This document shows, in pieces, positions 48,611-54,674 of a stretch of DNA of 54,674 bases. This stretch comes from Promethearchaeota archaeon (GTDB lineage: Archaea > Asgardarchaeota > Lokiarchaeia > Sigyniarchaeales > SOKP01). Where the stretch lies: contig SHMW01000021.1 in assembly GCA_008080735.1 (NCBI GenBank), forward strand, positions 1-54,674. Direction: 5' to 3'. The translations under genes and the position numbers were made by a program. Within the stretch, counting starts at the first letter, position 1. Each line of letters begins with the position of its first letter. The notes below the pieces were generated by a model. The model did not search any database, was not told where the DNA came from, and saw only the letters and a program-made list of their open reading frames with translations.

Positions 48611-51409
48611 TTATAATTTTAATCTCTTTTTCTCTAAGGTCAATTCGAACGCTTCTTCCATTCCTTTCTCATATACATCTATCGGAAATTTGTTATGTAA
48701 AGGACTCAATCTGGCACCTAATTTTGCTGATTTATAGATACCTCTCGCAAAACCGCCTATCAAAGGAATTTTGACCATTTGTGAGGCCTTTTCAAATTCT
48801 TCAAGGGTGTTATCGTCATAACCGCCCAACAAGCCTTCGATAAAAGCGTAAAAGAAGATAAAGATAAACACGCCAACCAAAAATATTAAAGCTGTATTTA
48901 TTATCTTATCTCCTAGGTCCAAGCCAAACACCAAATTGCCGAAAAACCCTAATATAAAGAAATTGATCACAGCAGCGATGAACGGGGTAATAAATGTCTT
49001 AAATGGATATAATTTAAATTCAGAGACCTTATATCGTACAATAATCCACGCAACCACATCCTTTGTAAACACAGCCGGCCAATATGCAATAATTACCCAT
49101 ATCATATCATTGAAGATCGAAACTAGTAACCACATTATTAATGCCCTGATTGTTTGCTCCAATATCCAGACTGCCGCAGCATAGCCCGTTCTGCCCGTTC
49201 CTTGAAATACTGCATCAACAAGCCATGAATAGATCCCAAATCCGTGGAATACGAGAATCAAGGGTAAATATTCGGAGGCAGGACCACCTATATCTGGACC
49301 CGCAGCACCCACCAAGAATAATCCCCCTACTGCAAATAATACTGAGATAAGGAAGTAACCAAAATAGTTGCCCCAACGGAATCCTTCATAGATATAAAGT
49401 TTGGTCAATTCTTTTTTATCATGTGAATGAGCTTCACTATATGCGCCGAGTAAAGATTGGCCATATAGCACGATTACTTGGATCATCATTCCGACTGTCC
49501 ATGCTAATTGATAGTAGCCTAACTCTTGGGAATAGTTTGCGATAAACGCAGAAGTTAAAAGAATTTGAATAAACCAGCCGACTTGGACGAATGCTTGACC
49601 AAAAGATAATTTTGAGCCATATGACATTGATTCCTTGAATTCTTCTTTAGTAAAATCAATTCTAAAGCATGAGCTGGCGGAATAACCTTGTTTCTTAAAC
49701 AGATACAAACTAAAGAAGAAAGTCAGCCAATAATCAAAATATCGTGCGAGCGCATAACCGACGCCAGCTCCTAAGGCTTCTCCGAATATAGGATTAGCTG
49801 CGCCCCACAACCTTCCGAGATAACAGAAGATAGCTTGACCAATTAATAGCCAAAATATTTCCCATGAAACATAGGTAAGAAGATGAAGATCAGCCCTCTG
49901 AAGCCCTTGAAATGTATACATGAATACCAAAAAGAAACCAGGATATTGAACTAAAGAGAACATTACAAAAATCCATGTCATATGAGCTAAATCGGTAAGC
50001 GGAAAGACAATTGATCCTAAGAATGCAAAGATGCTAATTTGGGCTAAACCAGTAAAGAGTTGCCACCATACAAATATTTGGATGTAATGGATAGCTTTTT
50101 CTGGATTATGGACACGGTATTCTGAGAAGTATTTTGCCAGTGCGAAACTTGTACCGAGATCGAAGAGGAGCCATGCGATTTGGAATAAATTGTATGCATA
50201 ATTATACCAACCCGATGCTTGTGCGTAGGTGTAATCCAAAAGAAGTGGTAGGATATATGAGGTTAAGAGAAGTTGTGGAACAACTAAGAGCAATCCAATG
50301 AAGAATGTAAAAAGGAACCCACCTAATTGTCTATGTATACCAATTATCTCCCAATCATCTTTTAGATCCTCTCTACCTCGCTCCTCAATTTTTTTCTCGA
50401 GTTCTTCCCGTTCCGTTATCTCTTCTTTTAGTTCCTCTTCGGCACGCTTTTTAAGTGCTTCTACTGTCTCTTGATCGATTCTACCTCCAGTTTTCTTTTT
50501 AACAGTGATGAATAAGGCGGCAGCGAGGCATCCCAGAACGACTACAACTAAAAGCAGGATTATTTGTTCGGTAAAATGGGGTACAGGCGAGAACGACCAC
50601 GCCGCATATGTATCAAATTCTGTGCCAGAACTTTCCAACATCATAGCATATATTAGATAATTGAAATAGGGCCAAATACTAAATTCGATGTTTGCACTCG
50701 CATCTTGATCATTTGGATCTCGTTGAAGCCATCCAGTAAAGAGCATAACAGTACCACTACCTTTTATGCTTTTAGTTATGAATGGTGCGGTGAATTGTTC
50801 TCTCTCCAAACTCTCAGAAGCGTTATAGACATCAATAATGCGGTTAACTGAAGAATTTATTTGAGAATCCTTAATAAAACTCATGTTATATGGATTTAAA
50901 TTCGGGGCAGAATTCCATGCTATGTTTTTGCTGATAGGATTAGTGGTGTCGTTCACTAAGGATAACATCGATTCAATATTGGTAGCTAAGCTATCGGGAG
51001 CAGAATTTCTTAAAATATTCATCGTTTTAAGTAATGTTGTATTTTGCTGCAAATTTGGTCCCATAAAGATTACAAGAGACTTTCCTCCGTTAATATAAGT
51101 TTCAAGATTAGATATTTGTTGAGATGTCAAATTTGGGTCAAAAAGTACGACTATATCATAGATGCTTAGCAAGAGAGGGCCGGTTCCAATGGTATTATTT
51201 AGAGTGACATTGAAATTGTTTGAATCAATTCTCAAACGTTCTACAAAGTATTCATCCTTCCCTCCACTTAAAACCAGTACATCTTTTTGGTCTGTTGGTT
51301 GAGCTGTAGTTGGTGTCAAAAAGAGAAAAAAAAACGTTCCTCCAGTTAAAATCAAAGTGATGATACAAATTACAACAAGCGTAGAGGATTTATTTTTTAG
51401 TTTCAACAT
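48611..51409 (-). CDS. Large membrane protein: N-terminal extracytoplasmic domain + MOP/Wzx flippase-like polytopic domain
   Basis: N-terminal signal/TM, sequon-rich domain (YDIVVLFD…YINGGKSLVIF), TM, charged coiled coil, then 12 or more TMs with FDLGTSFALAKYFSEY and LGYYQLA. Confidence 0.75.
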   Translation of the reverse strand: MLKLKNKSSTLVVICIITLILTGGTFFFLFLTPTTAQPTDQKDVLVLSGGKDEYFVERLRIDSNNFNVTLNNTIGTGPLLLSIYDIVVLFDPNLTSQQISNLETYINGGKSLVIFMGPNLQQNTTLLKTMNILRNSAPDSLATNIESMLSLVNDTTNPISKNIAWNSAPNLNPYNMSFIKDSQINSSVNRIIDVYNASESLEREQFTAPFITKSIKGSGTVMLFTGWLQRDPNDQDASANIEFSIWPYFNYLIYAMMLESSGTEFDTYAAWSFSPVPHFTEQIILLLVVVVLGCLAAALFITVKKKTGGRIDQETVEALKKRAEEELKEEITEREELEKKIEERGREDLKDDWEIIGIHRQLGGFLFTFFIGLLLVVPQLLLTSYILPLLLDYTYAQASGWYNYAYNLFQIAWLLFDLGTSFALAKYFSEYRVHNPEKAIHYIQIFVWWQLFTGLAQISIFAFLGSIVFPLTDLAHMTWIFVMFSLVQYPGFFLVFMYTFQGLQRADLHLLTYVSWEIFWLLIGQAIFCYLGRLWGAANPIFGEALGAGVGYALARYFDYWLTFFFSLYLFKKQGYSASSCFRIDFTKEEFKESMSYGSKLSFGQAFVQVGWFIQILLTSAFIANYSQELGYYQLAWTVGMMIQVIVLYGQSLLGAYSEAHSHDKKELTKLYIYEGFRWGNYFGYFLISVLFAVGGLFLVGAAGPDIGGPASEYLPLILVFHGFGIYSWLVDAVFQGTGRTGYAAAVWILEQTIRALIMWLLVSIFNDMIWVIIAYWPAVFTKDVVAWIIVRYKVSEFKLYPFKTFITPFIAAVINFFILGFFGNLVFGLDLGDKIINTALIFLVGVFIFIFFYAFIEGLLGGYDDNTLEEFEKASQMVKIPLIGGFARGIYKSAKLGARLSPLHNKFPIDVYEKGMEEAFELTLEKKRLKL

Positions 51410-51628
51410 TTTTTTTCCAATTTTATAATTAGATTATTTGTAATGATTAATGATTTTTTATCATTTATTAGCTTTTTTAAAGTTCTTAAAGGATTGAGAA
51501 TCAAATCTGCGAAAAGTAAAGCAGAAGAATTCAAAATAGATTCAAATTAATGAAGGTAACCAAGTATGATTCGTGATTATAAGTATCGCTTTAATATTGA
51601 GTTGAAATTATTTTAAATAAAAGGAGGA

Positions 51629-52264
51629 TTAAGAAGATAATTCTTTTCTGACGACTTCTCCACGGGGCTCTGTCTCTTCAAATAAGATTGCGGAAAATTT
51701 ATAGATATTCGTGTTCTCTTGTTTCCAACAATCTTTTGAGAGCCATGCTTTTTGACAAGTTTGTTCCAAGAAAGTTTGAGCGTCCCAATTTCTGTCGTGT
51801 TCCACTGGTACTTGAGGCAATAACAATCCTCTACGCATTCCTTTTTCCATTATCAATCCATCTTCTCCAATCTTGATTTGATTGATAATTTCTTCGGGAT
51901 TATTTGTTTCAATTAATTTTGGAGGTGTTAATATGGAGATTTCAATAACAATGTTATCCATTTCCTCGAGTTTTACAGAGGGAAATCGTGGATCCTCACA
52001 CGCAGCATTTACAGAAACACGATATAAAACTTCACAGAGCTCATATTCGGGTTCTATATATCCAATACATCCTCGCAACGGGTTTCCGCCTACATTATGT
52101 CGATTAAGGGTTACAAACGCCCCGCATTTCGTGTTAAACTTCGTTTTTAATTCTTCTGGAATTGTTATTCTTTTACCCGTTTCCAAGTAAGATTCAATAT
52201 TTTTTCTTACAAATTGGATCAATTTTTTTCCATCTTCTAAGGTTATATTCATTTCCGTGGACAT
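51629..52264 (-). CDS. AMMECR1 / TIGR00296 family protein
   Basis: GAFVTL, LRGCIG, DPRF, GLLLPQV, CQKA. Confidence 0.93.
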   Translation of the reverse strand: MSTEMNITLEDGKKLIQFVRKNIESYLETGKRITIPEELKTKFNTKCGAFVTLNRHNVGGNPLRGCIGYIEPEYELCEVLYRVSVNAACEDPRFPSVKLEEMDNIVIEISILTPPKLIETNNPEEIINQIKIGEDGLIMEKGMRRGLLLPQVPVEHDRNWDAQTFLEQTCQKAWLSKDCWKQENTNIYKFSAILFEETEPRGEVVRKELSS

Positions 52265-52323
52265 AGCTAGTTTTAATTGTATGATTGTTCTTTTATAATT
52301 ATTTGTTTGATAAAGTATAATAT

Positions 52324-53712
52324 CTATTGAGGGGTAATAATTTTACCAGAAGGGTTCATACTCTCTGATACTTCTTCTCCTCCTATAAATACTTTCCATA
52401 TTTGGAGATTAGTGTTAAATTTCTCAAATGGTGAAAATTTTGCTTTTGTTTTAAACCTAGCGATGTTAATTGGATGGTCCGCAACCTTATCAACAATGAG
52501 TAAATCTGCATCATATCCTTCTTTAATGAATCCCTTCCCCTTTAGGTTAAACATATCTGCGGGATGTTCACATGCAATTTTTACGAAGTTCTCTAAGGAA
52601 AGCTTATATTTACACACTTTATCCAGAACCACCAGGGGATATGTTTCAAATCCGGGAAATCCAGAAGGGGCCTGAAAAAAATCGTGAGTCTTTTCTTCTA
52701 TGCTGTGTGGAGCATGATCCGTGCCTATGAGCATAATTTCGCCTAATTTGAATTTATTATAAAGGAATTGACTATGGTTTTCATTCCGTAAAGGCGGCAT
52801 TACCTTCGCAAATATGGGATTTTCTATCTCAAGTTGATTTGATAAAAGCAGATGATGTGGTGTAATTTCATAAGTGATCTTATAACGGGGATTCTTTTTT
52901 AGAATAGAGTGAATGAGCAAATAACTCTCTTTACAGCTGATATGGCAGAAATGAATAGAAGGATATTTCTCTTCTTCGAGGTTATTAAAATTAATGAATT
53001 CTTGGTAATTCTCAACAGCATAATCTATAAATTTCTTCTCCGATTTACACGGATGCATCTTATCATGGGTTTTTAAAATGTTAGACTCTCTAAATACATA
53101 TTCTTCGAATATTTCCCGTTTTTCTTGATTCGAGAGGGGCCAATCAGGATGTATAAAAATCCGAATATTATGACGAGAAGATAAATTAAGGAGAAGTTTA
53201 AAATTTCCTTTCACTTTCCAGTCCAAATCGCTTATCGGATGATGTGGATATATTTTAAACCCCATAACGCCGAGTTTTATGATTTTTTTAATTTCCTCTT
53301 CGTTTAACCGGTTAGGCACTCCCGCGATAAACCCTACGTTGACATAGACCTTATTCTTCGCTCTGTTTATCCACTCTTGAATGATTTGTGAATTAATTGC
53401 AAGAGGATCTGTATTTGGCATCGTAAATACCGTTGTAATTCCGGAATGTGCCGCAGCCCGCGTGCCTGATTCAAATGTTTCTTTGTAACTCTGATTCAAA
53501 TCTCTCAAATGAGAATGAATATCTATGATCCCGGGTAAAATCACTTTACTTTTACAATCCAATTCCTTTCCGTCTTTATTTTGGGATTTAAATTCTTCTA
53601 CTTCTTCCGGACTTAGATCATAGCGGATTTTTGAGATAATTCCGTCTTCGATATAAAGAGCCCCCTTTCTTAGAATCCCGTTAGTATAGATTTTAGCGTT
53701 ATAAAGGATCAT
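52324..53712 (-). CDS. pyrC: Dihydroorotase
   Basis: PGIIDIHSHLRD, MPNT, FKIY, CHIS, EITPHHL, PPLR, TDHAPH, GYDADL. Confidence 0.88.
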   Translation of the reverse strand: MILYNAKIYTNGILRKGALYIEDGIISKIRYDLSPEEVEEFKSQNKDGKELDCKSKVILPGIIDIHSHLRDLNQSYKETFESGTRAAAHSGITTVFTMPNTDPLAINSQIIQEWINRAKNKVYVNVGFIAGVPNRLNEEEIKKIIKLGVMGFKIYPHHPISDLDWKVKGNFKLLLNLSSRHNIRIFIHPDWPLSNQEKREIFEEYVFRESNILKTHDKMHPCKSEKKFIDYAVENYQEFINFNNLEEEKYPSIHFCHISCKESYLLIHSILKKNPRYKITYEITPHHLLLSNQLEIENPIFAKVMPPLRNENHSQFLYNKFKLGEIMLIGTDHAPHSIEEKTHDFFQAPSGFPGFETYPLVVLDKVCKYKLSLENFVKIACEHPADMFNLKGKGFIKEGYDADLLIVDKVADHPINIARFKTKAKFSPFEKFNTNLQIWKVFIGGEEVSESMNPSGKIITPQ

Positions 53713-53723
53713 ATTTTATTCAT

Positions 53724-54374
53724 TTAATTTAATTCCAATGAATCTAAATAGAAATTAATATATAAGATTTTATCTTGAGGTTTGTGTAAATTGGGAAATG
53801 CCAGGAAGGTTAATGGATGTATTATGGAATTTAATTCTCCAATAAACCCAGGATTTTCTTCGGTTATGTTAAAGATGGGGACAAGAAAGAAGAGATTGGG
53901 ATAATCGGACTCGATTAATATGGTTTTTAATGATGAATTTTTAGGTCTTTTATTTGTGTTATTTGAATATTCAATAAAAATAAGAGACGCTTGTTGGGAT
54001 TCAAATATATCTTTTAACATGAATTCATAACTCTTAAAATAGTTCACGAAAATTCCTGGAGTAGAATGCATCCACCTATCCGGTTTTCTCTCCCTAAATT
54101 TATCAATTGCTTTATTGAGCAAGAGTGCTTGAGAGCGCTCATCCGAGCCCAAAAAGCGGAGCTCTGAACCGATCAATTTAATTGCACAATGATCGTCAAA
54201 GAAATATAAATAAAGATTATTGGTTTTTCTAATGGAATATGACAAACAAAAAGTTTCACGTATGATAGAACATAGCGTATAGATTTTTTGAGGAGTTTCT
54301 CCTCGATCTATATCCTTTTTCGTATAATTGATGATGCTTTTTAATAATATGAGAAAATCGACCACAATCATCAA
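53724..54374 (-). CDS. TrmY (DUF358, SPOUT)-like protein, divergent
   Basis: FCLSYSIRK, GSELRFLGSDERS…LNKA and STPGIFV resemble the TrmY N-terminal half. The C-terminal SAM-knot motif is not evident. Confidence 0.55.
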   Translation of the reverse strand: MMIVVDFLILLKSIINYTKKDIDRGETPQKIYTLCSIIRETFCLSYSIRKTNNLYLYFFDDHCAIKLIGSELRFLGSDERSQALLLNKAIDKFRERKPDRWMHSTPGIFVNYFKSYEFMLKDIFESQQASLIFIEYSNNTNKRPKNSSLKTILIESDYPNLFFLVPIFNITEENPGFIGELNSIIHPLTFLAFPNLHKPQDKILYINFYLDSLELN

Positions 54375-54531
54375 TTCTGTTTTTATTTGATTCTATATTG
54401 TTTTTAGATCATCTCAACGTCATTATAAGCGGTTGAGGGATCAAAAGTAAATCTTTGGTGAGTCTCATTTGTGATGTTAAGGATAAAGAATATCTGAAGA
54501 AACATAATTTACCGCATTTTGAAGTAAGATG

Positions 54532-54674
54532 TTATGGGTACCAGTCCGAGTGCCCTTGGCTGTTAAACTCATAGCACTCCTCGCAATACCATTCCTCAAA
54601 CACGGGGTTAAATACGAGGTCGATATCGATCCGACCGCACGTGGAACACCCAAGGGGGGCTCTCCTAAACGCTA
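54532..54674 (-). CDS. Partial gene (5' end outside window): C-terminal CxxC…CxxC zinc finger
   Basis: …AFRRAPLGCSTCGRIDIDLVFNPVFEEWYCEECYEFNSQGHSDWYP*, stop at 54532-54534. About 52% GC by hand count (75/143). Confidence 0.65.
   Translation of the reverse strand, partial: AFRRAPLGCSTCGRIDIDLVFNPVFEEWYCEECYEFNSQGHSDWYP

Noticed and set aside
1-54674. CRISPR arrays, tRNA/rRNA genes, IS elements, integrases and known anti-phage systems
   Set aside because: No regularly spaced repeats, tRNA/rRNA motifs or transposase/integrase ORFs were seen. The E1-E2-JAB genes lack CD-NTase or effector neighbours and resemble eukaryote-type enzymes, so CBASS-type defence was not called.

Overview
AT-rich (about 30% GC by eye) chromosomal segment of an Asgard archaeon, most likely Lokiarchaeia. 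The assignment rests on an archaeal histone, a two-domain gelsolin, a longin-like protein, an Arf-like small GTPase fusion, a Loki-CTERM-type anchor, an EMC3/TMCO1 homologue and a ubiquitin-like machinery. No rRNA, tRNA, CRISPR array or transposase was recognised. The main result is a compact, co-oriented protein-conjugation cassette (19130-23485). It encodes a ubiquitin-fold modifier ending in a single Gly (…LLIPASTAG, UFM1-like tail spacing) with an acidic N-terminal extension, a UBA3-like E1, a basic E2, an Rpn11/CSN5-like JAMM protease and a ~6-TM membrane protein with a C-terminal RING. Nearby are a divergent Lys-rich coiled-coil gene, a second coiled-coil RING protein and a proteasome beta subunit lacking Thr1. 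The cassette is a candidate membrane-associated (ERAD/UFMylation-like) tagging pathway. The rest is largely housekeeping and catabolic: asd, proA/proB split by a duplicated gene pair with one nonsense allele, pyrC, a GlcD/GlcF-like pair, an FGGY kinase and a dehydrogenase-aldolase fusion. Features missing from the ORF track are a partial TPR-like gene at the left edge, a truncated DUF2769-like gene, an in-frame TGA in a duplicated gene and a GC-rich partial zinc-finger gene at the right edge. All family assignments come from motif recognition; no searches were run.
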